A DNA stretch of 60,842 nt, filler included. It is 6 parts of 6 records of this genome, joined end to end, with 100 filler letters (N's around TTAATTAATTAA, not from the genome) between each part and the next. Parts side by side here need not be neighbours in the genome. Positions count along the whole stretch, not along the records: positions 50,386 to 60,842 come from SRR31156797_265; 5 more parts are not named here. One strand, 5' to 3'. Positions 50,412-60,839 of the stretch are shown here, one piece after another; the first letter of the stretch is position 1, and each line of letters begins with the position of its first letter. Under the pieces are notes generated by a model. The model was not told where the DNA came from, ran no database searches, and was given only the letters and a program-made list of their open reading frames with translations. The position numbers and the translations under genes were made by a program.

Positions 50412-52928
50412 ATGAGCGCAGTTCCAAGTCAGGCGAAATTGGTGATCATCGGGGCCGGCATCGTGGGCAACTCCGTGGCCTGGCATCTGGCCAACAAGGG
50501 TTGGCGAAGTATGGTCTTGGTTGATAAAGGTCCGCTCCCCAACCCGGGGGGATCCACCGGGCATGCGTCCAACTTTATTTTTCCGGTGGATCATGCCAAG
50601 ACAATGACTCAACTCACCAAGGACAGTATGGAACAATATAAGGAAATGGATTTGTTCCGGCAATGCGGAGGCATAGAACTGGCTCAGACCGATGAGCGCT
50701 TTATGGAACTCAAACGTCGCATGGGTTCAGCCAAAAATTGGGGGGTCGACGCGGAACTGCTTGATGCGGCCGGTGTCAAGAAGTTGTTTCCCTGGGTTGA
50801 TGAGACCCGTATACTGGGCGGTTTTTACACCCCTTCGGTCGGCGTGGTCGATTCGTTGCGCGCCGGTTCCGTGATGCGCGAAAAGGCCGTGGAAGCCGGA
50901 GCTTTACAGGTCTTCCCAAACACTGAAGTAGTAGGTTTGGAAGTGAAAAACGGCTGCATTCATGCGGTCAAGACCAACCGGGGCGTGATAGAAACCGAGT
51001 ATGCGGTTATTGCCTGCGGCGTCTGGAGTCCCCGTATCGCTCAAATTGCCGGCGCGGCAATTCCGCTATACCCTGTGGTGCATCAGATGATCGACGCCGG
51101 CCCCATTGCACAGTTCAAAGACGCCCGGGGAGAGATTGAATACCCTATATTAAGAGACATGAGCGCTTTGATGTACGAGCGCCAGGCCGCCCAGAACCTA
51201 GAAATCGGCTCTTATGCTCATCGACCCATTTTGCATGATCCAAACGACATTCCTTCTCTTGAACAAGCCAAGCTGTCCCCCACGGAAATGCCCTTTACAA
51301 ACGACGACTTTGAACCCCAGTTGGCGGACGCCCTTGCCCTGCTGCCGGAAATGCTGGACGATGATTCCGTTGAAATACAATACGCCGTAAACGGACTGAT
51401 ATCACTTACGCCGGATGGGGCGCCGATCATTGGAGAAACGCCGGAAGTGAAGAACCTTTGGTCGGCGGCCGCGGTCTGGATCAAGGAAGGTCCGGGCGTC
51501 GGTAGAATGATAGCGGAATGGATGACCGATACAGCCCCGGAAATAGACCCAGGTGAACTGGATATAGCCAGGTTCTATCCCCATGCCCGTACCAAATCGC
51601 ACATTATCGCTCGCGTTAACGAGGGCTTCCCCCAAATTTACGGCGTGGTCCATCCTGCTGAACAATACAGCTCATCCCGCAATGTGAGGCTTAGCCCCTT
51701 TTTTGAACGTGAAAAGGAATTTGGCGCGGTCTTCCATGAAACAGCGGGCTGGGAGCGGCCGCATTGGTATGAGTCGAATAAAATCCTTCTGGATCAGTAC
51801 GGCGACAAGATCAGTCAACGATCCCATGAATGGGACGCAAGGTGGTGGTCGCCCATCATCAACGCCGAACATTTGGCTATGCGTGAAAGGGCCGCCATGT
51901 TCGATCTTACTGCTTTCGCCGTCTTCGACATTTGCGGCAGGGGCGCTTTGGATTACATACAAAATATCGCAGTCAATCAGATGGACGTCCCTGCGGGTAG
52001 AGCCGTATATACGCTTTTCCTAAATACATTCGGAGGTATCAAGTCCGACCTTACTATCATGCGCCTTAGCGAGGACGTTTTTCGTGTAGTAACCGGCGGC
52101 GGCCATGGCGGGATTGACAAGGCTTGGCTCAAGTCTTTCCTGCCCGCCGACGGATCGGTTCAACTACATGACCGGACCTCCTCCCTCTGCACCTTGGGCC
52201 TCTGGGGACCCAATGCCCGCAAGATCCTGGAAAAGGTTTCTGGCAATGATGTTTCAAATGAGGCATTTCCCTTTGCTACTGCCCAGGAAATTTCAATACG
52301 CGAGATTCCGGTTTGGGCCCTACGTTTATCCTACGTGGGTGAGTTGGGCTGGGAACTATACGCTTCGTTCGAACAAGGACGGAAGCTATGGGATTATTTG
52401 TGGGAGGCCGGCGGTGAATTCGGCCTGATCCCGGCCGGTATCGGCGTCTACGGAACCACAGCCCGACTGGAAAAAAGCTATCGATTATACGGTTGCGATA
52501 TGGATGCCGATTACTCGGCGGTGGAGGCCGGGTTGGCCAGGCCTAAGGTCAAATCACAGGAGTTTATCGGCAAGGAAGCTTATCTCCGAGCCGGCGAAGA
52601 AGAACCGGCCGCGCTGCTGTGCAGCTTGACCGTGGACGATCATACATCATCCACCGGCGAAAAACGTTATATGCTGGGCCATGAACCTGTGCTCACCGAA
52701 AACGGCAATGTGATTGAAGATCGTTTGGGGAGGCGTTCCTACGTCTGCAGCGCCGGGGCCGGACCTGCCATCGGCCGTCATATTCTAACTGCCTACCTAC
52801 CGCCGGAATTGGCCAAGGTCGGTGTGAAACTTAATGTGGAATATTTTATGGAACATTATCCGGCGACTGTACGGGCTGTGGGAGCCGTTCCGCTTTTCGA
52901 TCCGGAAAATGAGCGCCTGAAAGCCTGA
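50412..52928 (+). CDS. Dimethylglycine/sarcosine dehydrogenase-like flavoprotein (DAO + GcvT domains)
   Basis: IIGAGIVG, GGSTGHA, TPDGAPIIG, GWERP, RLSYVGELGWELY and RLEKSY; 838 aa. Confidence 0.9.
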   Translation: MSAVPSQAKLVIIGAGIVGNSVAWHLANKGWRSMVLVDKGPLPNPGGSTGHASNFIFPVDHAKTMTQLTKDSMEQYKEMDLFRQCGGIELAQTDERFMELKRRMGSAKNWGVDAELLDAAGVKKLFPWVDETRILGGFYTPSVGVVDSLRAGSVMREKAVEAGALQVFPNTEVVGLEVKNGCIHAVKTNRGVIETEYAVIACGVWSPRIAQIAGAAIPLYPVVHQMIDAGPIAQFKDARGEIEYPILRDMSALMYERQAAQNLEIGSYAHRPILHDPNDIPSLEQAKLSPTEMPFTNDDFEPQLADALALLPEMLDDDSVEIQYAVNGLISLTPDGAPIIGETPEVKNLWSAAAVWIKEGPGVGRMIAEWMTDTAPEIDPGELDIARFYPHARTKSHIIARVNEGFPQIYGVVHPAEQYSSSRNVRLSPFFEREKEFGAVFHETAGWERPHWYESNKILLDQYGDKISQRSHEWDARWWSPIINAEHLAMRERAAMFDLTAFAVFDICGRGALDYIQNIAVNQMDVPAGRAVYTLFLNTFGGIKSDLTIMRLSEDVFRVVTGGGHGGIDKAWLKSFLPADGSVQLHDRTSSLCTLGLWGPNARKILEKVSGNDVSNEAFPFATAQEISIREIPVWALRLSYVGELGWELYASFEQGRKLWDYLWEAGGEFGLIPAGIGVYGTTARLEKSYRLYGCDMDADYSAVEAGLARPKVKSQEFIGKEAYLRAGEEEPAALLCSLTVDDHTSSTGEKRYMLGHEPVLTENGNVIEDRLGRRSYVCSAGAGPAIGRHILTAYLPPELAKVGVKLNVEYFMEHYPATVRAVGAVPLFDPENERLKA

Positions 52929-52943
52929 CCAGGAGACGAGGGA

Positions 52944-53708
52944 ATGAACATTTTGGTCTGTGTAAAACGAGTGGCGGATGTAGGGGCCAAATTCGACCTT
53001 ACCGAAGACGGGCGGGCCATTGTCACCAGGAATCTGGGGTTCACCATTAGCCCTCACGAAGAATGCGCGGTAGAGGCGGCTATTCAATTTATGGAAAATA
53101 ATGAGGGGAAAACCACCGTGTTGGCTCTGGGGCCGGAAGCGGTTGAAGAACAGCTTCGAGACGCCCTGGCCAGAGGCGTCGATGAGGGCGTGCTGTTGGA
53201 AACCGACGGAGAAGAATGGGATCCGGGGCAAACGGCCAGGGCCATTGCGGAATTTGTTAAAACCAGGACTGAATCCGGAGATGGTTTCGACCTGTTGCTG
53301 ATGGGCGCCGAGGCGGCTGACACCGGTGATTCCCAGGTTTCCGTCCGCACTGCGCGGGAACTGGGTCTGGCCTGCCTGACCGGCGTCAAGAGCCTGGAAA
53401 TAGCCGGAAGTCAGGTAACAGCCCGGAAGGAAATCGATTCGGGTTGGGAAATATACCAATCAAGCCTACCCATCGTCATATCAGTCAAGGAAGGAATAAA
53501 TCTGCCGCGTTATCCAAGTTTGCGCGGAACCATGAAGGCCAAAAAGAAAAAGATCGAAAAGTTGCTTCCGGATAAAACCGGCGCCGGCTTGATCATGAAA
53601 AGCCTGCAGTATCCGCCTGACAACGGCAAACAAGTCAAGATGCTAGGCCAGGGGCCGACGGCGGCTCCAAAAGTTTTAGAACTTCTGAAATCACTGGAGT
53701 TGTTATAG
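52944..53708 (+). CDS. etfB: Electron transfer flavoprotein beta subunit
   Basis: MNILVCVKRV, AVEAA and INLPRYPSLRGTMKAKKK. Confidence 0.93.
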   Translation: MNILVCVKRVADVGAKFDLTEDGRAIVTRNLGFTISPHEECAVEAAIQFMENNEGKTTVLALGPEAVEEQLRDALARGVDEGVLLETDGEEWDPGQTARAIAEFVKTRTESGDGFDLLLMGAEAADTGDSQVSVRTARELGLACLTGVKSLEIAGSQVTARKEIDSGWEIYQSSLPIVISVKEGINLPRYPSLRGTMKAKKKKIEKLLPDKTGAGLIMKSLQYPPDNGKQVKMLGQGPTAAPKVLELLKSLELL

Positions 53709-53710
53709 CT

Positions 53711-54679
53711 ATGATACTTTTCCTGATAGACCATGATCGCGGCCGTCTCTCGGAAGCCTCCCTGCAGACGGCAACCATCGCCTGGCGAACCGCACAAGAT
53801 GCGGGCCTGGACTTGGCAGCCGTGTTGATTGGCCATCAGGCCCGGCACTTGGCTGAAGATCTAAAGCCCTATGGCGTTTCCAGAGTAATTCTGGCCGCCC
53901 ACGAAAAACTGATCGATTACGCCCCTGAAGCCTGGGCCGCCGTAATGACGGGGATAATGGAAGACCAAAATCCCGCAATCATATTAGCGCCGTCCACGGA
54001 CCGGGGTAATGAAGTCATGGCGCATGTGGCAGCCTGCACAGGCTTGCCAATGGCCGCAAATTGCATAGAGATCCACCCGGGCGACCCGTTTAAGGTAATC
54101 AGGCTCAGATGGGGCGGAAGCCTTTTGGAAGAAGCCGAATTAATCGGATCTCCTCGGTTGCTGACCTCGGCTATACATATCGTTGAGCCGCAGGAAGCCC
54201 CGGCGCCAGGTGAAGCCTCATTGGAAGAATTCATGCCGCATTTGAACGAGCAGGACTTCCGGACCGCAATCGTCGGCCGGGAAGAGAAGGCGATTGAAGG
54301 CGTAAACCTTAAGACAGCCCGTGTGGTTATCGGCGGCGGCCGCGGAGTGGGAAGTGCGGAAGGATATGCGGTGCTCGAAGAACTGGCCGAAGAACTGGGG
54401 GCGGCCGTGGGCGGCAGCCGGGTAGCTACCAACAATGGTTGGCGCCCTCACACCGACCAGATCGGTTTGACCGGCAGCCGTATCGCGCCTGAATTGTATA
54501 TCGCCTGCGGCATCTCAGGGGCAATTCAACACATGGTTGGTTGCAAGGGCGCCAAAAACATCCTGGTTATAAATAATGATCCGGAAGCAGCCTTTTTCGC
54601 CAAAGCAGATTACGGCATAGTCGGAGACCTGTTCGAAGTCATCCCGGCTATCACTGAAGAGTTAAAAAAAACAAGATAG
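53711..54679 (+). CDS. etfA: Electron transfer flavoprotein alpha subunit
   Basis: GGGRG, GGSR and QIGLTG...YIACGISGAIQH...DYGIVGD. Confidence 0.95.
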   Translation: MILFLIDHDRGRLSEASLQTATIAWRTAQDAGLDLAAVLIGHQARHLAEDLKPYGVSRVILAAHEKLIDYAPEAWAAVMTGIMEDQNPAIILAPSTDRGNEVMAHVAACTGLPMAANCIEIHPGDPFKVIRLRWGGSLLEEAELIGSPRLLTSAIHIVEPQEAPAPGEASLEEFMPHLNEQDFRTAIVGREEKAIEGVNLKTARVVIGGGRGVGSAEGYAVLEELAEELGAAVGGSRVATNNGWRPHTDQIGLTGSRIAPELYIACGISGAIQHMVGCKGAKNILVINNDPEAAFFAKADYGIVGDLFEVIPAITEELKKTR

Positions 54680-54884
54680 ACGACTACTGGAATGATCGAT
54701 GGATATATCCTCTCCATTTCCACTATCAAACATATAACGGTGGAGACTTTAACAAGCCCATACAGATCACTTTATGTCCGGGCCTATTTGGGGGAAAAGT
54801 CAGGAGCTCAAGATGGCGGATAGCCTTCGAGTCAGCTTATCCTTACCCATAAAAAGCCTCCTTCCCAAGAAACCAAAAGTCTCC

Positions 54885-55390
54885 AAGAGGACGCAACTAC
54901 CCCATGAAGGCCGGCGCTTGCCATCTTCTGGAGACGTGAAACCATGAGTTCCTATCAGAAGGTTGAAGTTATGAACCAGGGTTATATAAGGTTTACTCTT
55001 TGGATTGATATTAATACCTACTAGAAACCAGGAATAGAGTTATGTCAAGTCGAACAATCAGCAAATCAGGCCCTTATTTACTCCGGGACCGCTGCATGCT
55101 TTTCCCGGACGACGAGGACTATCTCTTCAAATCCACCAAAGGGAAAAACAAGCCGCTCATCACTTCATCGGTCAACAACCTGGTCAAATCGTGGTGTCGA
55201 GCAGTAAACCTGCGGGGGAACTACGGAACTCATACCCTGCGTAATATGTTCGGGTACATCCCAGTGAGTGGTCTATGGTGTCGGCTCAAGGGCTTTGCCA
55301 TAAGGTTCCTCCCCCTTAATCCACGCATAACCGAGCTGCCTGGGTATAAAGGGCGCTGAAGTGAACGGAATATCGTTGAATGGATTTCTT
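54885..55390 (+). pseudogene. Degraded tyrosine recombinase/integrase
   Basis: YLFKSTKG...SSVNNLVKSWCRAVNLRGNYGTHTLRNMFGY (HxLR box) lies within 55042-55359; flanking parts are frameshifted; boundaries are approximate. Confidence 0.6.
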
Positions 55391-55817
55391 TAACGGAGCG
55401 AGGATACACGTTTCAGACCTGAAAAAACGCCATAGCAAAGATAGTATATTCCTATCATCCTGATTGGCCGCCCTTAGGGGTTATACCGTCCATCCCATAT
55501 CTTGTGTTCGCTTTCCAAGCGCTGGTTAACGATCAGAGTGCAAGGAGTCGAATCATTACTGCTTAGACAGCGGGCCCACCAAGAGTGCAACTATTTACTA
55601 ATTTGCTGTTAAACCTTATTATATTCAATAAAGTAAGCGTATAAACGGCCGTGTTATTGATAATCCACTCACGAAAATAAGCCGGCATAGGTAATGAGCG
55701 AACAACCATGTCTCCTGAAAATAACGGCGTTATGCTTATTATTAAGATAAATGGTATATTTAATAAGGCTGACGATCCTTTTTCAACTCCCGGATTAATT
55801 TACAAAAGGAGGCGATC

Positions 55818-56201
55818 ATGGCCCACGAAATCGTCCAATTAAAAAATAATCATACAACCGTCGGCTATTCCCACGTCGCACGGGCGGGGAACATGCTGTT
55901 TATCGCCGGGCAGGTCGCCAAAGATGTTCAGGGCGATCTGGTCGGTCCCGGCAACTTCGACGCCCAGGCCCGACAGGTTCATGTCAACCTTAAAAACATT
56001 CTGGAGGAATGCGGCGGCAAACTGGAGAATATAGTAAAGCTGACTACATTTCTCACTCACTTCGATTATATCGATACCTATCGCAGCGTGCGCAACGAGT
56101 TTTTCCAGGAGCCTTGCCCGCCGAATACATTGTTGATTGTTGAAAGCCTGGCACTACCGGGATTTATGATCGAAATAGAAGCAATCGCCGTGTTGGATTA
56201 A
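55818..56201 (+). CDS. RidA/YjgF-family protein
   Basis: GYSHVARAGNMLFIAGQV, NIVKLTTF and MIEIEAIA; AAGGAGG RBS. Confidence 0.92.
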   Translation: MAHEIVQLKNNHTTVGYSHVARAGNMLFIAGQVAKDVQGDLVGPGNFDAQARQVHVNLKNILEECGGKLENIVKLTTFLTHFDYIDTYRSVRNEFFQEPCPPNTLLIVESLALPGFMIEIEAIAVLD

Positions 56202-56333
56202 TACAAATATAGGCCGCGGAAGGCCTAATTACACTTATTGGCATAATACTCAATGCGGCCTGCTGGATAACGGATCGGCCTGTATTTATAATATATAAAC
56301 ATTATCCACAGTTACCAATGGATTGTTTTTTAT

Positions 56334-59300
56334 ATGACGCGCCAAGGAGAAAAAATAGAAATTCTGATCGTTTCAGGCGAAAACCATACCGCCGTTGATC
56401 TCGAAAAACGTCTCGGCAACCTGGGATGCATTGTCTGTGCAAAGGCGCTGCCGGGCGAACAGGCGTTTGCCCTGGTTGAACGGCATAAACCCGATCTAGT
56501 AATTATGGACATCGACCCGCAAGGGGACGCGGACGAGATAGAGTCCTCAAAGCGCATATGGAACAAGTGGAATATACCCGTTGCCTTACTAACTGCTTAT
56601 GATGACATTGATCACCTTGAACGGGAAATAATCACTTATCCATTCGGCTGCATACTCAAGCCTGTCCAGGACAAACAACTCCGAATAAACATGAACATGG
56701 CATTGAATGCGGCAAAAATGGAGATAGACCGTAAAAATGCCGAACAGGAACTGAAAGAAGTTACGGAACGTCATCAAGCTATTTTGTCCGCCCTTTCGGA
56801 CGTACTGTTTGTTTTTGACGATGAAAACCGTTTCCTGGACTGCCGGACCAATAATCCGGATGAATTGCTTATAACGCCGGAGGAGTTTATTGGCAAGCAT
56901 GTTGATGAAGTTCTCCCTAAAGTTTCCGCTGAATTGACTAAACAACATATCGAGCTCACGCTTGCTTCCAAGATCCCCCAGAACTACCACTTCCACCTCA
57001 AGGTCAGGGGCGAAGAGCGGAAGTATGAAACCAGAATGGTTGTCAGCGGCGAACGCAATGTGCTGGCCGTTGTTCGTGACGTCACCGACCGCATGAAAGC
57101 TGAAACCGCGCTTCGGGAGAACGAAAAAAAATACAGAGAATTATTCCATCACGCGCCTGCCGGCATCTATGAAATCGACTTCGTTCAAAACCGAATTACA
57201 AGCGTTAACGATGTAGCGTGTTATCACACCGGCTATAGGCGTGAAGAGCTTCTTCGTATGAATCCACTGGATCTGCTTAGTGATGAATCAAGAGTTCGTT
57301 TTGCTGAACGCCTGGGCAATATCAGTAAAGGGGCGCAGATTACGGATCAGGTTGAATATGAAATAGTCGCCAAATCCGGAGAAAAAATATGGGCCCTAAT
57401 GGCGGTCAGCTTTGTTTATAAAAATGAAAAAATAGTCGGCGCATCTGTTGTTTCTCACGACATTACGGATCGTAAGCTCGCCGAGAAGATGCTGAAAGAG
57501 AGTCTGGCCAAAATAAAGGAATACCAAAACGATCTTGAATTATATTCAAAGCTTACTCCGTTGGGTTTTATCACCTTTGACAATGATTTCAACATCATCT
57601 CCTGGAATCCCGGAGCAGAGAAAATATTCGGGTACACTGCGGAGGAAGCTGTTGGGAAAAACACTTTTGATATATTGGTTCCTGAATATGAACAGGAAAA
57701 TGTCAGGAATGTCCACCTGATAACAGAGCCCAAAGTAACTACCAATATCAACGATAACACAACCAGGGATGGAAGAATCATTACGGTTCAATGGTTCAAC
57801 AGTCCAAGATTGGACGCCGACGGGAATTTACTCGGTTTGATGGCAGCCTGTCAGGACATTACCGAAATGTTTCAAATGGAAAGGGCTCTGCAAAAAAGCG
57901 AGGCATTATTAAGGCAAATAGTTGATTTGGTGCCCCACTTTATTTTTGTAAAAGATATCAAGGGCCGATTGATTCTGGTTAACCAGGCGGTTGCTCAGGC
58001 TTATGGAACCACTGTTGAAGATCTCATGAGAAGAGACATGTCAAATCCAACTTTGGTCGAAGATGATATCCTGTTATTACGTTTTGATGACCTGGAAATT
58101 ATCGAGACAGGCCAATCAAAGCATATACCGGAAGAAACATTTATAGATGCATATGGCGCCATCCGGTTCCTGCAAACGACCAAGATTCCCTTCTCTGTTT
58201 CAGGTTCTCAAGATCCCGCCGTATTGTGTATTTCAATTGACCTGACCGAACACAAGCGCGCCGAGGAGGCATTGAGATCGAGTGAAGCCAGGATGAGGAG
58301 CATCTTCCGGGCGGCTCCTGCAGGAATAGGCCTTGTGTCGAACCGGATGTTTCTGGACGTGAATGATCGGCTCTGTGAGATCACTGGCTATAACAAAGAT
58401 GAACTAATCGGAAAAAACGCAAGAATGCTATATCCGACCGATGATGATTTCGAATATGTCGGCCAGGAGAAATATAGACAAATAGCCAAAAAAGGTACAG
58501 GCACGGTTGAGACGCGCTTCAAACGCAAGGATGGAACAATCATCAATGTGCTGATGAGTTCAACTCCTGTTGATTTATTGGATCTTTCAGTCGGCGTCAC
58601 TTTTACTGCACTTGACATAACCGAACGCAAACAAGCCGAAGAGGCCCTGAGGGAATCCGAAAATCGCTTCAAGGTTTTAAGCGAGGAATCTCCATTAGGA
58701 ATGAGCCTTATCGACCAACATGGCTGTTATATATATATTAATCCGTCCTTTATAAATATGTTTGGCTATACGCTTGAAGATTTCCAAACTGGTAGGGAAT
58801 GGTTCAATCTGGTCTTTCCGGATGAAGAATACCGAAAAATGGTTATAAAGGGCTGGAAGGAAGACCTGGCCGGGAGCCGCGCAGATGAGTCGCGCTCTCG
58901 CATTTTTGATGTACGTTGTAAAGACGGCGATATCAAGACAATCATGTTCAGGCCCGTCACCACGATCTCCCTGGGTCAATTCGTACTTTATGAGGACATC
59001 ACCGGCCGCAAGCGAGCCGAAGAGGAAAAGGAAAAACTTCACGCCCAACTCCAGCAAGCCCAGAAGATGGAAGCAGTCGGCACGCTGGCCGGCGGCATTT
59101 CACACGACTTCAACAATCTGCTTCAGGCCATAAATGGATATACACAACTTTTGCTAATGGAAAAAAGCGAGAAGGACCTTGAATATCACAACCTGGAAGC
59201 CATCCAGAATGCAGGCGCCCGAGCAGCCGACCTTGTGCGACAACTTCTTTTATTCAGCCGCAAAGCCGACATTGAGCGCAAGCCGGTGGAACTCAACGTG

Positions 59301-60197
59301 GAAGTAGAGCAAGCCAGAAAGATTCTTGAACGCACCATTCCCAAGATGATTGATATTGAAGTTCATTCCGGCAGTCGCATTTGGCCCGTTCTGGCCGACC
59401 CGGTTCAAGTTGAACAAATATTTCTCAACCTCGGAATTAACGCGGCTGACGCCATGCCGGACGGCGGGAAGCTTGTCATTGAGACGACCAACATCATCCT
59501 GGACGATGACTACGCCCAAAGCCATTTAGGCGCTCATCCCGGCCGATATGTGCTGATAACCTTTTCCGACACGGGCCATGGCATGGACCGGGAAACAATT
59601 GAGAAAGTCTTTGAGCCTTTTTATACCACCAAGGAAATCGGAAAAGGCACAGGCCTTGGACTGGCATCGGTGTACGGAATCGTCAAAAACCATGACGGCT
59701 ACATAATGTGCTACAGCGAAGTCGGCCAGGGGACCACTTTCAAAATCTACCTTCCAGCAGTGGAACAGCCTCCAACTGAAGAGGAAAAGAGCGTTACAGC
59801 CGCGCCCCCGCAAGGAGGTTCGGAGACTATTCTGCTGGTGGACGATGAAGAGTCGATAAGAGGCTTTGCCAAACAAGCCCTCATGCAGTTCGGCTACACG
59901 GTCCTGACCGCCGCCAGCGGCGAAGAGGCTTTGGAAGTTTATACCGGAAAACCGGGCTCGATTGACCTTGTAATAATGGATATAGGCATGCCGGGGATGG
60001 GCGGCCACAATTGCCTTCTGGAAATGCGCCAAATAAACCCGACGGCAAAGGTTCTCATCGCCAGTGGATATTCAATCAACGACCAGGCAAAGAAATCAAG
60101 AGATGCCGGGGCAGCCGGATTCGTGGGAAAGCCCTATCACCTGAGGGATTTGCTTGGAAAGGTAAGGAGCGTCCTTGACGGCGAAGCGGTGCAATAG
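56334..60197 (+). CDS. Hybrid histidine kinase: REC - six PAS - HisKA - HATPase - REC
   Basis: Six PAS/PAC units each ending in a DxTxR-like motif, GGISHDFNN, NAADAM, GKGTGLGL and a C-terminal LLVDDE...MDIGMP. Confidence 0.93.
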   Translation: MTRQGEKIEILIVSGENHTAVDLEKRLGNLGCIVCAKALPGEQAFALVERHKPDLVIMDIDPQGDADEIESSKRIWNKWNIPVALLTAYDDIDHLEREIITYPFGCILKPVQDKQLRINMNMALNAAKMEIDRKNAEQELKEVTERHQAILSALSDVLFVFDDENRFLDCRTNNPDELLITPEEFIGKHVDEVLPKVSAELTKQHIELTLASKIPQNYHFHLKVRGEERKYETRMVVSGERNVLAVVRDVTDRMKAETALRENEKKYRELFHHAPAGIYEIDFVQNRITSVNDVACYHTGYRREELLRMNPLDLLSDESRVRFAERLGNISKGAQITDQVEYEIVAKSGEKIWALMAVSFVYKNEKIVGASVVSHDITDRKLAEKMLKESLAKIKEYQNDLELYSKLTPLGFITFDNDFNIISWNPGAEKIFGYTAEEAVGKNTFDILVPEYEQENVRNVHLITEPKVTTNINDNTTRDGRIITVQWFNSPRLDADGNLLGLMAACQDITEMFQMERALQKSEALLRQIVDLVPHFIFVKDIKGRLILVNQAVAQAYGTTVEDLMRRDMSNPTLVEDDILLLRFDDLEIIETGQSKHIPEETFIDAYGAIRFLQTTKIPFSVSGSQDPAVLCISIDLTEHKRAEEALRSSEARMRSIFRAAPAGIGLVSNRMFLDVNDRLCEITGYNKDELIGKNARMLYPTDDDFEYVGQEKYRQIAKKGTGTVETRFKRKDGTIINVLMSSTPVDLLDLSVGVTFTALDITERKQAEEALRESENRFKVLSEESPLGMSLIDQHGCYIYINPSFINMFGYTLEDFQTGREWFNLVFPDEEYRKMVIKGWKEDLAGSRADESRSRIFDVRCKDGDIKTIMFRPVTTISLGQFVLYEDITGRKRAEEEKEKLHAQLQQAQKMEAVGTLAGGISHDFNNLLQAINGYTQLLLMEKSEKDLEYHNLEAIQNAGARAADLVRQLLLFSRKADIERKPVELNVEVEQARKILERTIPKMIDIEVHSGSRIWPVLADPVQVEQIFLNLGINAADAMPDGGKLVIETTNIILDDDYAQSHLGAHPGRYVLITFSDTGHGMDRETIEKVFEPFYTTKEIGKGTGLGLASVYGIVKNHDGYIMCYSEVGQGTTFKIYLPAVEQPPTEEEKSVTAAPPQGGSETILLVDDEESIRGFAKQALMQFGYTVLTAASGEEALEVYTGKPGSIDLVIMDIGMPGMGGHNCLLEMRQINPTAKVLIASGYSINDQAKKSRDAGAAGFVGKPYHLRDLLGKVRSVLDGEAVQ

Positions 60198-60317
60198 AAA
60201 AAGATATTCAACCCGCCCTGCGGATCAAAAGCCCATCATAAGTTTCGGATCATCCATTCGGCGAATGGATCGGCATTAAAAACACCTGCCAGTAATAGAT
60301 AATAGGCAAAAAACAAC

Positions 60318-60370
60318 TTGCATTTCATATTATTATCCTATATAGGATAAATAAGATCGTATTTATCCTA
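60318..60370 (+). promoter_or_regulatory. Putative sigma70 promoter with overlapping palindromic operators upstream of the Rrf2 gene
   Basis: TTGCAT-N17-TATAGG; perfect palindrome TTATCCTATATAGGATAA (60333-60350); TAGGATAAATA-N6-TATTTATCCTA (60343-60370). Confidence 0.6.
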
Positions 60371-60382
60371 ATTAGAGGCGTT

Positions 60383-60802
60383 ATGAGATTATCAAGAGCA
60401 GGCGAATACGCCGTCAGATGCATACTCTATCTTTCCTTGAATCCAAATGAAGTGGTTCCGCGACGGGAAATAGCATCAAAGATGCAGGTTCCCTATCAAT
60501 TTTTAGGCAAAATAGGACAGGAGCTGGCCCGCGCCGGACTGATACATATAACCCGGGGAGCGCACGGCGGGTTCAGTCTGGTCAGGAAACCGGAAGATAT
60601 AAGCCTTCTCGATGTGGTTGAGGCCATGGAAGGTATGATCTTTCTGAACGACTGCCTTATTTGGCCGGAATCGTGTTCCAGGAGCAAGACCTGCTCCGTA
60701 CACCAGGTTTGGCAAAAGGCGCAGGATTCAATGAAAAGCGTGCTGGCTTCAGCAACTTTCGCCGATATGGCGGCCTGCGAAGCTGGTGATATAACTGATT
60801 GA
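60383..60802 (+). CDS. Rrf2-family Fe-S transcriptional regulator
   Basis: EYAVR, RGAHGGF, ISLLDVVEAMEG and three Cys (DC...ESC...KTC). Confidence 0.93.
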   Translation: MRLSRAGEYAVRCILYLSLNPNEVVPRREIASKMQVPYQFLGKIGQELARAGLIHITRGAHGGFSLVRKPEDISLLDVVEAMEGMIFLNDCLIWPESCSRSKTCSVHQVWQKAQDSMKSVLASATFADMAACEAGDITD

Positions 60803-60839
60803 ATGAAGCTCTCCGCAGCTTGCTGCGGGGAGCTTCATT
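60802..60839. repeat. Long palindrome (terminator or REP-like)
   Basis: AATGAAGCTCTCCGCAGC-TT-GCTGCGGGGAGCTTCATT, a near-perfect 18-bp arm pair. Confidence 0.6.

Noticed and set aside
50412-54679. ETF on contig 6 as the electron sink for the mycofactocin locus
   Set aside because: Separated by artificial spacers with no evidence of a shared genome, and the ETF has its own adjacent dehydrogenase.
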